A stretch of 64,000 nucleotides of DNA, from positions 32,001-96,000 of the IMG/VR virus record IMGVR_UViG_3300025141_000022, one strand, 5' to 3'. Position 1 is the first letter of the stretch, and each line of letters starts with the position of its first letter. A program made the position numbers and the translations under genes. Of the stretch, positions 25,156 to 36,361 are shown one piece after another. The notes under the pieces were generated by a model. It saw nothing but the letters and a program-made list of their open reading frames with translations. It made no database searches and was not told the DNA's origin. This stretch comes from a virus.

Positions 25156-28100
25156 ATGGCTGACATCGAAATTACACAACAAGAATATCTTAATATACTT
25201 TCTGCGTCAGCAGAGGTGTCCGAACTAGAAATTGTAGATGCTTCCAGAATAATAATTGCCGATCCATGCTCGTACACTGGAAGCCAAGAGGAACCCGAAG
25301 AAGAGCTTCCCTGTGGTTGCGAACCAGATCCAGAGGCGTATGTGCCGAACTGGTATGAGTTGGCCGGCGGATCAACCTTATTTGACCCAACACAGTGTAC
25401 AATGTTAACCGTAGTGCAGACTGAGTGGGCCGGCCCAGGCGGTGATCAATTTATGTCTAGAGTTACCGCTTCTATGACTACTGGAGTCGATCAATTTATC
25501 GATCATTATAATAAGGCTCCAACTATGACCGATCCAGATGAGGATTCAGATACATCAGGTTCGACCATAAACACGACTGATTATCTACTTCGCCATGCAT
25601 ATATGCCAATGCCAGATAGCACTAATGAACAACCAATTGGATATTATGTTGAGACGCGTCCTATTTTCCCGATGAAAATAAGGTTTGATATTCCGGTAGA
25701 TATAATACAAGGAGTAGAGGAAGTACCGGCCACATCCAGCATCAATGATATTATGTTTGCTGCTTCGGCTAGCGTCTATTCAGTTATTGCAGACACTTTG
25801 ACAGGAAACAGTGTTAAATTAAAATGGACAGACTTTGCCCACAAAATCCGCCGTGTCCGTCGCGCATTTGACATATATGGTGGTTATGTTAGTGCATATA
25901 AAATAACTAATGGCGGCGATGTTGAAGGTTTAGATTTACAACAAGAAAGGGACAACTTAAGTCGATTCAGACCGGCCCTTAAGGACTTCTTGATAGAAAA
26001 TGATATATATCCTAATTGGGCTCGATATGATGATGCAGAATATGAGTTTATATTCGATGACGAGTATCAACTAGAAGAAATACAGTTTTATAATCCTGGC
26101 TGTCCCCCGAAACCTCTTAAGAAAGGGCTGACTCGATTAAAGAAGACGCATCCATTTAACTGGCCAAGAACTATGGCCTACATTTCTGGCCTGCCAGCAA
26201 TGGATATATCCTTGACAGCTAGAGAGCCGATGCACTGGGTTGAGTTTCTTGAAACTTATACTTATCCAGCGATTGAGGTAAGAGATGGCCCAGAAGCTAC
26301 AACTGATGATGATATGAGCATGCTTGGTTGTGCGGTGGATGCCATGGCTGATAAGGCTAAGGCCGCACTCCTTAGTGCCATGTTTGAAATGGTTGACGCT
26401 ATTGCATTAGAGGTTCGAAGTCAGATTTGTACCGCGAAGCCTCGAAAAACAATATATGAGGTTAGAGAAGAAAATGCGATAATTGCAGATATGGGTAAAA
26501 TATTAGATTTATCCATGAATATAGAAGGATTGGAACATGCATTAAGTACGTTTTTTGGAGATCTGGAAGAGCATCTTGGTCGCATTGATACAATTGAAGA
26601 TCTATTTCAAGTTGGTCTTAATCCAATGGGTCGCTGCGGCTTCCAAGCTATGATCCAAGCCGCTTTGGGTTGCTTCGCACAAGGGTTTGGCTTTGATCAG
26701 ATGCTAGATAAAATTTTAGCCAAAGCAATCGAAGCAATGGACTCTCACGCAACTGAGTTTTTGTGTAAGATATTGCCACCAGAAGTTTGGGAAGAAATCA
26801 AAACTGAAGCCTTTAAGAAGATGTCATCAGCAGACGTGGCATATGCATTAGGAGAAGATTCATTTCCAAAGACATCTTCAGGTTCATTGATATCTTTGGA
26901 ATTATCAACCCAGCCAACAACCGGTACAACGTTTCAGATTTATGACGGCACGACTCAGGCTACTTTTACATTTGAAAAAACCATTTATATTGAGATTCCA
27001 TCGACTGTGCAGTACGGTGATGGATTAAGTTCTGAAAATGGCGACTCCAACGTAGAAAAGATGCAAACTATATTAGACCTGTTTGATTACCCATTGCCAG
27101 AATATGGGGTTGACGGAAAATTTGGTTCTGAAACTCAAGGTGCTGTTGAAAACTTTCAAGCATCAAATGGACTCACAGTTGATGGTATTTGTGGTCAAGA
27201 AACGTGGACCTACCTCCTAACAGGTGAAGCAGAATTAGAAGAGGGAGTGACAGAATATCTAGAGGAAGGTTCAGTCGTATATTACGCACCAGAAAATGTT
27301 AGCGATACTATTAGTAAAGCACTGGGCTCTGAAGGTGATTTGGTAACCGAATTGCAAGGTTTATTGTTAGATAAAGGATATGAACTTCCTGTATACGGAG
27401 CAGATGGCGACTTTGGCTCGGAGGCGGATTCAGCCGTAAAACAATACCAAGAAAAGAATAAGATGTCCGCTGATGGAGTTGTTGGGCCAAATACATGGCT
27501 ATCAATAAGATCATCCCGCGCCGCTCCCAATGTACCAGACACAATCCAGCACGGAGACTCAGGCGAAGCAGTTACCGAGATGCAGACATTGCTGGTTGAG
27601 AGTTTCTATTTTGAATTACCGGAACATGGCATCGATGGAGAGTTTGACGATGAAACAAAAGGTGTTGTTGAAGGATTTCAGCAGATTAATGATTTAACTG
27701 TAGACGGCATCTGCGGCCCTGAAACATGGACAGCCTTATACGATCCGACTTCAAATGATAATATAACTGGAGATTTGTTAGATCAACTGGAGGCAGAGTT
27801 TACTGCAACAATTCAAACTGGAGATACGCTAGCCGAAACCGCTGAGCATATATGCTGGGCAATAGACGCTATGGACTCTTTTAAGATGACTTCGTTGTTG
27901 GATGATGATAGTGGGCGAATGGTCAATCCAATAGAGACAGCTGATGCTGATATTGGTGGATTGATGGTGGAGCACAATGAGATTGGAGAAATCGAGGTCA
28001 CCGTTACAGATGATTCTGGAGCCTTCAGCAACATAGAAATAACTATGGGCGAAGCCGGTTGGGAAAATCTAGATTTACCAGATCCTTGGGGTGCCGGCGT

Positions 28101-31100
28101 CGAGTTTAATGGTGAAGCGGCTCTGGATGTAATTCTTGATTATATCAAGGAAGCTATCTTAGAATACTATGAAGACGCCATGGAAGATTTGATGGAGTTT
28201 GTCGAACAACTTCCAGGGTTTGCACTAGTGGCAAAAATTATGGCTATAATTGATTGTCCACGTCCTCCATTATTTTCTCCGCCTCTAGACAACTGGATCC
28301 AAGATATAGATCTGAATTTCTGCCGAGGTATCGATGCAATCGCATTACCACAAGCTCTATTTCCAAAGTTTTATACTCCAAATTTGCTAGCAATTATAGT
28401 TGAGATCGCCAAGCAAAAGCTAAAGGAGCTTATACTCAAATTAACAATAAAGATCACGATAAATATTTTGATACAACTCCAAAGCACTATGTGCCAGATG
28501 TTGGAGGATTTGGGACAGATGGCGGCTGGCACATACGAAAATCCCGCTACTGGGGTTGATATAATGGATCTTCTACGCCAATTGGCAGGCTGTGAAGACG
28601 AGGAAGGCACCGATGAAGAAGGCGTTGCTGCAGCGGCAGACGCCCTAGCAGCTGTGGGAGCAGAAGGCACAGAGGAATCGGCAGAGCAGCTAATGTTGTC
28701 TCTCGCGTCGGTCATTACATATCAAGAATATATGGATGTTATCAACTGTGAGGCATCTGAAGCAACGTATCAAATGATGGCCAACTTGGTGGCCTCAATA
28801 GCGGACTTAGCCGAAACCTATCCTGGGCTGACCACAGTAGCTGGAATTAAAGCCCTCTTCTGTGAAATTGGCGCCCAGCTTAACTTGGAAGAGTTTAATG
28901 ATCAAATGGAAGAACATGCTCGTTCTACAAACATGCTTCCAGTAGCACCTACCTTTTGTGATGTTGACGGGATAGAATTATTTAAACGATTGCGCGGCGA
29001 TCTATTGGCAGAAAAAGACCCTGATATGACAGATGAGCAGGTGGCAGATCAGGTGCAAGCTGCTGTTGATAGCTTAGAAGATCAGTTTGATTTACTGAGT
29101 GATTTACAGCAAGGTGGATTAGAAGCATATATTCAAGGTCAATTGCCACCATTGTTCCCCACAGATGGATGCGAAGAGAACGCGCTGCTGCCAGCCATAC
29201 CTCCCGCAATGGCCTTGGCGGCTTCTGCTGCAACAAAAGGCGCGTTAGCCAGCGTTCAAGATCAGTATTTTAGAGATATTGGCTATTCAAGAGGTGGATT
29301 TTTCGATTACATGTTGTGTGACAAAAAAGGAACCACATTTAGCACACACAATTGGGTTTATGAGTTATTTTATTCATTTAGATGGTTTGAAAGGCCGGTA
29401 GCAGTATACCCTAACACAATAGCTCAATATATGAGAGATCAAATGCGACAAAATGGCGGAGCATTTACGGATCTTTGCGGCGGCCAGAGCGGTTCAGTGG
29501 ACAGTAAAGATAATTTTACATTTGATTCACCAAGTTATATTAATAATGGCGGCACTGGAACATCATATAACAACAATACAAGAGATCCAGATGCCATATT
29601 GACATTTAATGATTCAGAAGGTACCTGGGCCAGCGACTTTTATGTCGAGGTGCAATATTGGAATTTTCTCACCTCTGATGAGGGCTCAACAGCCTCTACT
29701 GATAACACTTTTAGGTTAAAGGTGGTGGAAAACTGGTCAGAAGAAGAAACAATGGTAGATATCACAGGACAATCAGAGATGTCAGATGAGGTAGAAGAGT
29801 TCCTTACGGACTTAACCGAGGGTGCTTTAGATCTATCAGCAGGACACTCAAGACAAGCTGAGGCGTTTGCTCAAATGATCAAGAAGCAGCTTTCCGAAGC
29901 GCTAGGCGTAGCTGATGATAATGAGGCGCTAGGACAACTAACAGATCTATTCCGCACAAGAGTATTCAATAATATTTCCGAGAAAATGATTAAAGGATTA
30001 TTATTAGAGACATGTAGCCCGTTTGAATGGAACTCTACTGAATCCCCTTCCTGGTTTTGGGGAAAGAAATTTGGCGAAGAACCCGTACCAGATCCAATGA
30101 ACCCAGAAGAAAATCTCGAAATTGAACCAGATTACAAATATCCTTATGCGCCGTTATCGCAAAACAATGGTATGGTTGGGGTCGCATCAGTGTTCGTGCC
30201 TCCATGGGACGCATGTAATCCACCTGGGCCAGACGTTATGCAGTGGGATGAGATGTGCGATATTATAGATGAGCTACAGAAAACTTTGCCAGAAGATGAA
30301 AGGCTGGGCTACCTCCCAGATTGTCGTCAAGATCCACCCTTTGATCGAATCCAAGGAAAGTTTTGTCGCGGCGGAACTGAAGGTATGATTAAAGTGATTA
30401 TGCGTATCCACATCGTAGAGATAATGATCAAGAGCCTACATACATTTTTAAGGTTTCAATCATCTTATTCAGGAACTCATGATGATCTATTTCTTTCGTA
30501 TTTGGTTTCAAGAACTTCTTACAACCTTAAAGAAGATGGTAAGGGCTTTTGGGGGCAGGAGAACTGGTCATATTATTACGAATTCATTGAGCAATGTGCC
30601 AGAATTTGCCGAAGAAAAGTCGAAGCTGGAGAGATCGAGAATCCTTCCGAAGAATTAGAACAGGCCCTATCTACAATTGCAGACGAAGTAGAAAAATGGA
30701 AAACTGACCGAGTACAGCTAGAAATACCTCCCAAAATTTTAGATAGATTCATGGGAGTGTATAGAGAAAAGTGGGAAGAGGTCATTAGTAGAGCAGAGCC
30801 CGCAGCCTTAGTTTGTGTAAAAGAACTTTACAAATTAGAGTTGGGCCCAATGATGGATAATCTGCACTCAGCAGTTCAAGGATATCCAATTATTAACGCT
30901 AGTGAAGATTTTGGAACATTGCACAAATTATTGTTAGGATTGACAAACGATAACTGGGTTCCAACATTTGATGCCCCATCGCACTTAGCCCTTAAAGATG
31001 AAGAAGGGGAACTGTCAATAACCGAAGCTGATGATCGATTTGGAACGTTCTTGACTGAAGACAATGCCTTCAATGCGATCCAAACAGATCTTGAAGCTGA

Positions 31101-32544
31101 TGAAGAGGAGGGTAGAGCCGCTGTAAATGGACATGAAGCAACAGTCGATAGATTCGCAGATGGCTGGTTCTTCTTAGAGAGATATATTAGGGTTGATGAG
31201 AAGTGGACTACCGCAACAGAATATAGCGATGGTTGGATCGCCTCTGGAGAAAAATCCGTGTTTGATTTTAGTCTATCCGAGGCTATTTCATTTGGTATAG
31301 ATGAAACCACTGGAGAAAGTTCAGTTGTAGATGAGGAAACATTTGCCGTAGCCGCTGCTGAATTTTATGATGCTACCGGCCACACTGTTACTGCAGATTG
31401 GTCAGATGAGGGTGAAATGACGGCAATTTATGTCGATGGGGTATTAATTGAAAGCGCATCCACCATTAGCGACTTAATTGTGTATGAGCCTAATTCCAGA
31501 GATCCTAGGCTATATGGAATAATGAATATAGAAGCATGGAAAGATTTTATTCAGGCTTCGGGCTTAGAAGGCACCATCGCTGATTACTTTGAAAATTGGT
31601 ACTTTGGCTTAAGGTTATGTTATGTTCCATCATTAGCTGAAAGAACAGACTGGGGCGATGATTCTGTATCTATCCCTAGTCTAATTAAAACTTTAGTTGA
31701 TGATGAGTCTAACGCAGACTATGCTTACAATGCGATTACAAAAATGAAATCGATTGCAATTCCCGACGCTGGTAGATCACACGAAACAACCTCAACTAGT
31801 ACCAGCAGCACTAGTGATACTGTGGCGCGAGAAAGTCCTTATATCGGGTCGCCGCCGGATAGTTCAGCAGACTCATCTAAAAGGCTTTATGCAATCCCAC
31901 TTGTATCTGTAGAAGTAGCAATAGAGGAACAATATGTCCAAAACTATGCTGGTATGGATGATTATGACGAAGAGTGCATGCTCAGACTACTAAGGGCAAC
32001 ACCGGCATATAAAACACTATTTGAATATTGTTTTCCAATGGATAGGTTTTTGTCCCTTACAACAATCTATAATGCTCACAGCACGATTCCATCTATTGGG
32101 CAGCACGGAGAAGGCGCCGACGCTTCCAGCGGCTTTGACACCCGCACAGATGGCGAAGCTGATGCCGAAACCGACGAAAATTGGGCTGGAATAGATTTTC
32201 CACTAAATGCAATTTTTGGAGATGTTGGCCCCGGTGGAATATTTGGATTCCGAGGGTGGGACCAAGATGTTATGGATGAGACTCGACGCCGCTGTAAGCG
32301 AATTTTCCGTAGTTATTATAACAACGATGACGAAGGGTATGAAGATGAGGATGACGCCGATGAGGGCGGTCCTATGGGTCGCCTAAGAGATAGGATGCAG
32401 CCGGCCAACTTAAGTAGAAAAGGTCTGAGATGGTGGCAAAAACGGTGGTTTAAGAAACAGCATGGCCGAGGATGGGAGTACAAACCAGATGCCCTTCTTA
32501 TCGGAACCGATACATGCCCCGAAGAAGAGGAAGAGGACCTTTAA
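25156..32544 (+). CDS. Giant acidic virion/baseplate protein with three tandem peptidoglycan-binding domains, 2462 aa
   Basis: Three PG_binding_1-like repeats (V..MQ..L..Y.LP..G.DG.FG..T..AV..FQ..N.L..DGI.G..TW); located between the spike and gp25-like genes. Confidence 0.75.
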   Translation: MADIEITQQEYLNILSASAEVSELEIVDASRIIIADPCSYTGSQEEPEEELPCGCEPDPEAYVPNWYELAGGSTLFDPTQCTMLTVVQTEWAGPGGDQFMSRVTASMTTGVDQFIDHYNKAPTMTDPDEDSDTSGSTINTTDYLLRHAYMPMPDSTNEQPIGYYVETRPIFPMKIRFDIPVDIIQGVEEVPATSSINDIMFAASASVYSVIADTLTGNSVKLKWTDFAHKIRRVRRAFDIYGGYVSAYKITNGGDVEGLDLQQERDNLSRFRPALKDFLIENDIYPNWARYDDAEYEFIFDDEYQLEEIQFYNPGCPPKPLKKGLTRLKKTHPFNWPRTMAYISGLPAMDISLTAREPMHWVEFLETYTYPAIEVRDGPEATTDDDMSMLGCAVDAMADKAKAALLSAMFEMVDAIALEVRSQICTAKPRKTIYEVREENAIIADMGKILDLSMNIEGLEHALSTFFGDLEEHLGRIDTIEDLFQVGLNPMGRCGFQAMIQAALGCFAQGFGFDQMLDKILAKAIEAMDSHATEFLCKILPPEVWEEIKTEAFKKMSSADVAYALGEDSFPKTSSGSLISLELSTQPTTGTTFQIYDGTTQATFTFEKTIYIEIPSTVQYGDGLSSENGDSNVEKMQTILDLFDYPLPEYGVDGKFGSETQGAVENFQASNGLTVDGICGQETWTYLLTGEAELEEGVTEYLEEGSVVYYAPENVSDTISKALGSEGDLVTELQGLLLDKGYELPVYGADGDFGSEADSAVKQYQEKNKMSADGVVGPNTWLSIRSSRAAPNVPDTIQHGDSGEAVTEMQTLLVESFYFELPEHGIDGEFDDETKGVVEGFQQINDLTVDGICGPETWTALYDPTSNDNITGDLLDQLEAEFTATIQTGDTLAETAEHICWAIDAMDSFKMTSLLDDDSGRMVNPIETADADIGGLMVEHNEIGEIEVTVTDDSGAFSNIEITMGEAGWENLDLPDPWGAGVEFNGEAALDVILDYIKEAILEYYEDAMEDLMEFVEQLPGFALVAKIMAIIDCPRPPLFSPPLDNWIQDIDLNFCRGIDAIALPQALFPKFYTPNLLAIIVEIAKQKLKELILKLTIKITINILIQLQSTMCQMLEDLGQMAAGTYENPATGVDIMDLLRQLAGCEDEEGTDEEGVAAAADALAAVGAEGTEESAEQLMLSLASVITYQEYMDVINCEASEATYQMMANLVASIADLAETYPGLTTVAGIKALFCEIGAQLNLEEFNDQMEEHARSTNMLPVAPTFCDVDGIELFKRLRGDLLAEKDPDMTDEQVADQVQAAVDSLEDQFDLLSDLQQGGLEAYIQGQLPPLFPTDGCEENALLPAIPPAMALAASAATKGALASVQDQYFRDIGYSRGGFFDYMLCDKKGTTFSTHNWVYELFYSFRWFERPVAVYPNTIAQYMRDQMRQNGGAFTDLCGGQSGSVDSKDNFTFDSPSYINNGGTGTSYNNNTRDPDAILTFNDSEGTWASDFYVEVQYWNFLTSDEGSTASTDNTFRLKVVENWSEEETMVDITGQSEMSDEVEEFLTDLTEGALDLSAGHSRQAEAFAQMIKKQLSEALGVADDNEALGQLTDLFRTRVFNNISEKMIKGLLLETCSPFEWNSTESPSWFWGKKFGEEPVPDPMNPEENLEIEPDYKYPYAPLSQNNGMVGVASVFVPPWDACNPPGPDVMQWDEMCDIIDELQKTLPEDERLGYLPDCRQDPPFDRIQGKFCRGGTEGMIKVIMRIHIVEIMIKSLHTFLRFQSSYSGTHDDLFLSYLVSRTSYNLKEDGKGFWGQENWSYYYEFIEQCARICRRKVEAGEIENPSEELEQALSTIADEVEKWKTDRVQLEIPPKILDRFMGVYREKWEEVISRAEPAALVCVKELYKLELGPMMDNLHSAVQGYPIINASEDFGTLHKLLLGLTNDNWVPTFDAPSHLALKDEEGELSITEADDRFGTFLTEDNAFNAIQTDLEADEEEGRAAVNGHEATVDRFADGWFFLERYIRVDEKWTTATEYSDGWIASGEKSVFDFSLSEAISFGIDETTGESSVVDEETFAVAAAEFYDATGHTVTADWSDEGEMTAIYVDGVLIESASTISDLIVYEPNSRDPRLYGIMNIEAWKDFIQASGLEGTIADYFENWYFGLRLCYVPSLAERTDWGDDSVSIPSLIKTLVDDESNADYAYNAITKMKSIAIPDAGRSHETTSTSTSSTSDTVARESPYIGSPPDSSADSSKRLYAIPLVSVEVAIEEQYVQNYAGMDDYDEECMLRLLRATPAYKTLFEYCFPMDRFLSLTTIYNAHSTIPSIGQHGEGADASSGFDTRTDGEADAETDENWAGIDFPLNAIFGDVGPGGIFGFRGWDQDVMDETRRRCKRIFRSYYNNDDEGYEDEDDADEGGPMGRLRDRMQPANLSRKGLRWWQKRWFKKQHGRGWEYKPDALLIGTDTCPEEEEEDL
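27013..27741 (+). repeat. Three tandem peptidoglycan-binding domain repeats
   Basis: Units at about 27013-27219, 27316-27507 and 27544-27741, ending DGICGQETW, DGVVGPNTW and DGICGPETW. Confidence 0.85.
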
Positions 32545-32584
32545 TTGTCAGCAAAGAAAACTTGTATATAATTACAAGAAAACA

Positions 32585-32593
32585 ACTATTTAT
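32585..32593 (+). promoter_or_regulatory. Putative late-promoter motif ACTATTTAT
   Basis: Exact copy upstream of GAGGAG and ATG 32621. Confidence 0.65.
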
Positions 32594-32620
32594 ATTTTAG
32601 AGGAGCGATAAGACTAAGAA

Positions 32621-33013
32621 ATGGCCACAGGAAGATCCCCACGATTACCGCTATCCACTTCAGATGAAGATGGGTTCACAATGAACAAAACCATTTTACA
32701 GGTCTGTCACCAGAACCTGAAAATGTTATTGCTCACGAATCCAGGCGAGCGTGTAATGGATGCGAAATATGGAGTAGGGCTAAAAACATTCTTATTTGAG
32801 CAAAATGTAGCAGGCTCTCATACCAAAATTGATATGAGAATTAGAGAACAAGTTAGTAAATATATGCCCTATATAAGAATTGATAAGATTGGATATAATC
32901 AAACACTTGACACATGGGAAAGAGACGCTTTTCCAAATGTGCTATTCATAAAGATTACTTATACCGTATTATCTACTGCCCAAACCGCCACTATGGAACT
33001 TCCAGTAAGCTAA
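32621..33013 (+). CDS. Baseplate wedge protein, gp25/GPW-like
   Basis: QNLKMLLLTNPGERVMDAKYGVGLKTFLFE..IREQVSKYMPYI. Confidence 0.88.
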   Translation: MATGRSPRLPLSTSDEDGFTMNKTILQVCHQNLKMLLLTNPGERVMDAKYGVGLKTFLFEQNVAGSHTKIDMRIREQVSKYMPYIRIDKIGYNQTLDTWERDAFPNVLFIKITYTVLSTAQTATMELPVS

Positions 33014-33046
33014 CGTCACAGAGACTAAAAAGGAGCCAATTTAAAA

Positions 33047-34864
33047 ATGCCACGCCGAGCAGCACCACAGATTGATTACACCGCAAGAGATTTCGTTACA
33101 ATTAAGAACGAATTGATGGAATACGCCAAAAGGTATTATTCTGACTCCTTTAAAGATTTTAGTGATTCTTCTTTCGGCGCTTTAATGCTAGATACGGTAG
33201 CATATGTGGGAGATAACCTATCATATTACATTGATTATCAGGCAAATGAGACATTTTTAGATTCTGCCCAAGAACGACGAAATATTATTCGAATAGGCCA
33301 ACAACGTGGCTATAAGTTCAGAGATACATATACGTCATACGGAACCTTATCGTTCTACATAATAGTCCCAACTAAAACTACTGGATTGGGTCCAGATATG
33401 GAATACGCACCAACATTAAGAGTGGGATCACTATTCGGAACCAATAGCGGCGGATATTTTCAATTAACTCAGGAAATAGACTTTTCCGAATCATCTAACG
33501 AAATTGTTGCGGCTAGAATGAACGACAGTACCGGCATTCCGACGCATTATGCCATAAAGGCTTTTGGAGCCGTCATGTCGGGCTACCCTAATCAGTTTAG
33601 CGTCAATATGGGAGCTTACATGAGATTTCCAAAAGTTTATTTAGACGTGCGCGATCAGATAGCTGAGATATTATCTGTCACAGATTCTTTTGGAAATATA
33701 TATTACGAGGTTCCCTACCTGTCACAAAACACTGTTTACCGTGTTAGATATAATGGTTCTAAAGAGGCGACCGATACAGCCGCTGCCCTAATGATGCCAC
33801 AAAGGGTTCCAAGGAGATTTACATTTAATTTTGATCCGCACAAGAGTCAGCATTATCTCCAGTTTGGTGCAGCAAACCCAGATCAAGAAACTATAAATGC
33901 TGCAAATGTTTCCGATCCAAGCAACGTTGTTATGGATTTGCACAACAGAGATTACACAAACGACACAGACTTTGATCCAGCAAGACTTTTAAGTACGGAG
34001 AAGATGGGGATTGCTCCTGCGAATACGACTCTGAGAATAATTTATAGAGCGCACAGATCTACGACTGCTAATGCAGCTGCCGGCGCAGTCACCAAAGTAA
34101 AAAATGCAAAATTAAGATTTAAAGTTCCTGGCTCATTAACAATGTCAAAGAAGCAGGCTGTTATTAAATCTTTAGAGTGTTATAACGAAGAGTCGATAAT
34201 TGGCTCTGTCAATGCTGCTTCGAATGATGAGATGAAGATGAGAATAAAAGATAATTATACAACCCAAAATAGAGCAGTGACACAATCTGATTATGTTTCT
34301 TCAGTATATAATATGCCAGCTAAATTTGGCCAAATTCATCGTTGTATGATTTTTAGAGATGATGATTCGTTTAAAAGAAATTTAAATTTATATGTAATCA
34401 ACAAAGGTGCGAATGGAAAGCTTAGAACTACACCATCACAACTTAAGCAGAACTTAAAGATTCATCTTGCTTCTGTTAAAATGATTAACGATACTATTGA
34501 TATAATGGATGCTAAGATAATTAACCTAGGAATAAATTTTACCGTGCAAGGGCTACCAAACATACCCACAGCACAAGTGTATCAACAATGCGTTAATATA
34601 TTAAAAAACTCCTTTGCTGCTGCCGATTACTATATTGGTGAGTCAGTTGGCATAGCCGAACTATATAAAAGACTCAATGCCGCAACATTAGTGCAGGATG
34701 TAAAAGACATATCGATTGTGAGAGCAAAGGGGCCAAGATATTCAGATATCAAATTCAACCCCAAAAAGCATATGTCCGCAGACGGCCGATGGCTCCTGTG
34801 TCCAAAGAACTGTATTTTTGAATTTAAGTTTCCGAATCGAGACTTCACAGGAACCGTTGAATAA
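33047..34864 (+). CDS. Baseplate wedge subunit, T4 gp6 / baseplate J-like
   Basis: IDYTARDFVTIKNEL, DFSDSSFG.LMLD..AYVGD.LSYYID.QANE.FLDSA, TQNRAVTQSDY. Confidence 0.88.
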   Translation: MPRRAAPQIDYTARDFVTIKNELMEYAKRYYSDSFKDFSDSSFGALMLDTVAYVGDNLSYYIDYQANETFLDSAQERRNIIRIGQQRGYKFRDTYTSYGTLSFYIIVPTKTTGLGPDMEYAPTLRVGSLFGTNSGGYFQLTQEIDFSESSNEIVAARMNDSTGIPTHYAIKAFGAVMSGYPNQFSVNMGAYMRFPKVYLDVRDQIAEILSVTDSFGNIYYEVPYLSQNTVYRVRYNGSKEATDTAAALMMPQRVPRRFTFNFDPHKSQHYLQFGAANPDQETINAANVSDPSNVVMDLHNRDYTNDTDFDPARLLSTEKMGIAPANTTLRIIYRAHRSTTANAAAGAVTKVKNAKLRFKVPGSLTMSKKQAVIKSLECYNEESIIGSVNAASNDEMKMRIKDNYTTQNRAVTQSDYVSSVYNMPAKFGQIHRCMIFRDDDSFKRNLNLYVINKGANGKLRTTPSQLKQNLKIHLASVKMINDTIDIMDAKIINLGINFTVQGLPNIPTAQVYQQCVNILKNSFAAADYYIGESVGIAELYKRLNAATLVQDVKDISIVRAKGPRYSDIKFNPKKHMSADGRWLLCPKNCIFEFKFPNRDFTGTVE

Positions 34865-36354
34865 TGGCTATTAAGAGATATACTGCAGATGCAGACAATG
34901 TAATTACAAACGCTTATGAAGAAAATCTTTCTACCAGGGCTACCGGCTCTAATATGGGCTTGTCTGATGTTTTAGAAGTCTTCTCGGTATACGCTCAGGC
35001 TGACGCGACCTCTACTGAATATGCGAGATCGTTGGTAAAGTTCCCCATCTCCTCTATTTCCACAGATAGAACTGCAGGAACTATTCCGGCTACAGGGAGC
35101 GTTAGTTTTTATTTGAGAATGTTTAACGCCGAACACTCCGAGACATTGCCAAAAAACTTTAAACTAGTCGTAGAGGCAATCTCGTCTTCATGGGACGAGG
35201 GCCATGGCCTAGATATGGACACATATACACACTCAGGCACGTCAAACTGGATATCAGCTTCTAGCACTGCGGCCTGGACTTCTGCCGGCGGCGATTTTCA
35301 TTCAGAGCCATATTATACTGCTAGTTTCGATGACGGCACCGAGGATTTGGAATTAGATATTACAGCACTTGTTGAGCAATGGATAGCTGGAACCAAAAGT
35401 AATTATGGTCTTGGCGTCAAGTTGACCTCTAGTCATGAATCTGAAACCCGGTCATATTACACCAAAAAGTTTTTTGCACGAGGTTCGCAGTATCTCTTTA
35501 AGAGGCCAATCATCGAGGCACGCTGGAATTCAGCTAAGAAAGATGATCGAACAACGTTTTATTATAGTAGCTCGTTAGCCCCTGCAGCAGACAATTTAAA
35601 TACTCTTTATTTGTACAATTATGTTCGTGGTCGTCTGCGTAATATCCCTGGCGTTGGGACGGGAAATGTTTATGTAAGTTTATATTCTGGTTCTTCAAAC
35701 AACGTGTTGCCAGATGGAGATCCACTAACTTTGGTTGCCGATGGAACTTATGTTAGATCTGGTATTACTACCGTGGCCACAGGTGGATATGTAGAAACAG
35801 GAATTTATTCCGCTTCTTTAGCAATTACATCAGCAGCTACCCCGTTAACAAAAGTGTTTGATGTTTGGTTTAGTGGTGGAGATAGTATTAGCGGTGGAGG
35901 CGTCGGGGGTGGAACATTGTATCATACAGGCTCTATTGTACCAACTGTACTTACAGCTTCCGTGAACAATCCAAGCACAGATTATGTAACATCGATAACA
36001 AATCTTAAGCCAATTTATAAAGATAGTGAAACAGCAAGAATAAGAGTTTATACTCGTACAAAAGACTGGAATCCCAACATTTACAGTAAAGCCGTCGCGA
36101 CCGCCGAATCAAGAACTATAGAGAGTGGTTCATATCAGGTCTATAGACTTTCTGATGGAATGGTGGTGGTGCCATATGGAACAGGAAGTCTATTGCATAC
36201 ACAAATGTCTTATGATGTATCGGGTAATTATTTTGATTTTGATATGTCAATGCTACAGCAAGGGTACGCATACGCATTTCAGTTTGCCTATTACAATGGT
36301 GCAGTTGGAGACTGGCTGGAGCAGCCAGAATTTTTTAAATTTAGGGTCGAGTGA
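34864..36354 (+). CDS. Baseplate/tail structural protein (DNRLRE-like beta-sandwich N-terminus), 496 aa
   Basis: RSLVKFPIS, FYLRMFNA, WDEGHG, LDITALVEQWI, NYGLGVK, RPIIEARW; coupled to the gp6-like gene. Confidence 0.6.
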   Translation: MAIKRYTADADNVITNAYEENLSTRATGSNMGLSDVLEVFSVYAQADATSTEYARSLVKFPISSISTDRTAGTIPATGSVSFYLRMFNAEHSETLPKNFKLVVEAISSSWDEGHGLDMDTYTHSGTSNWISASSTAAWTSAGGDFHSEPYYTASFDDGTEDLELDITALVEQWIAGTKSNYGLGVKLTSSHESETRSYYTKKFFARGSQYLFKRPIIEARWNSAKKDDRTTFYYSSSLAPAADNLNTLYLYNYVRGRLRNIPGVGTGNVYVSLYSGSSNNVLPDGDPLTLVADGTYVRSGITTVATGGYVETGIYSASLAITSAATPLTKVFDVWFSGGDSISGGGVGGGTLYHTGSIVPTVLTASVNNPSTDYVTSITNLKPIYKDSETARIRVYTRTKDWNPNIYSKAVATAESRTIESGSYQVYRLSDGMVVVPYGTGSLLHTQMSYDVSGNYFDFDMSMLQQGYAYAFQFAYYNGAVGDWLEQPEFFKFRVE

Positions 36355-36361
36355 GTAACAA

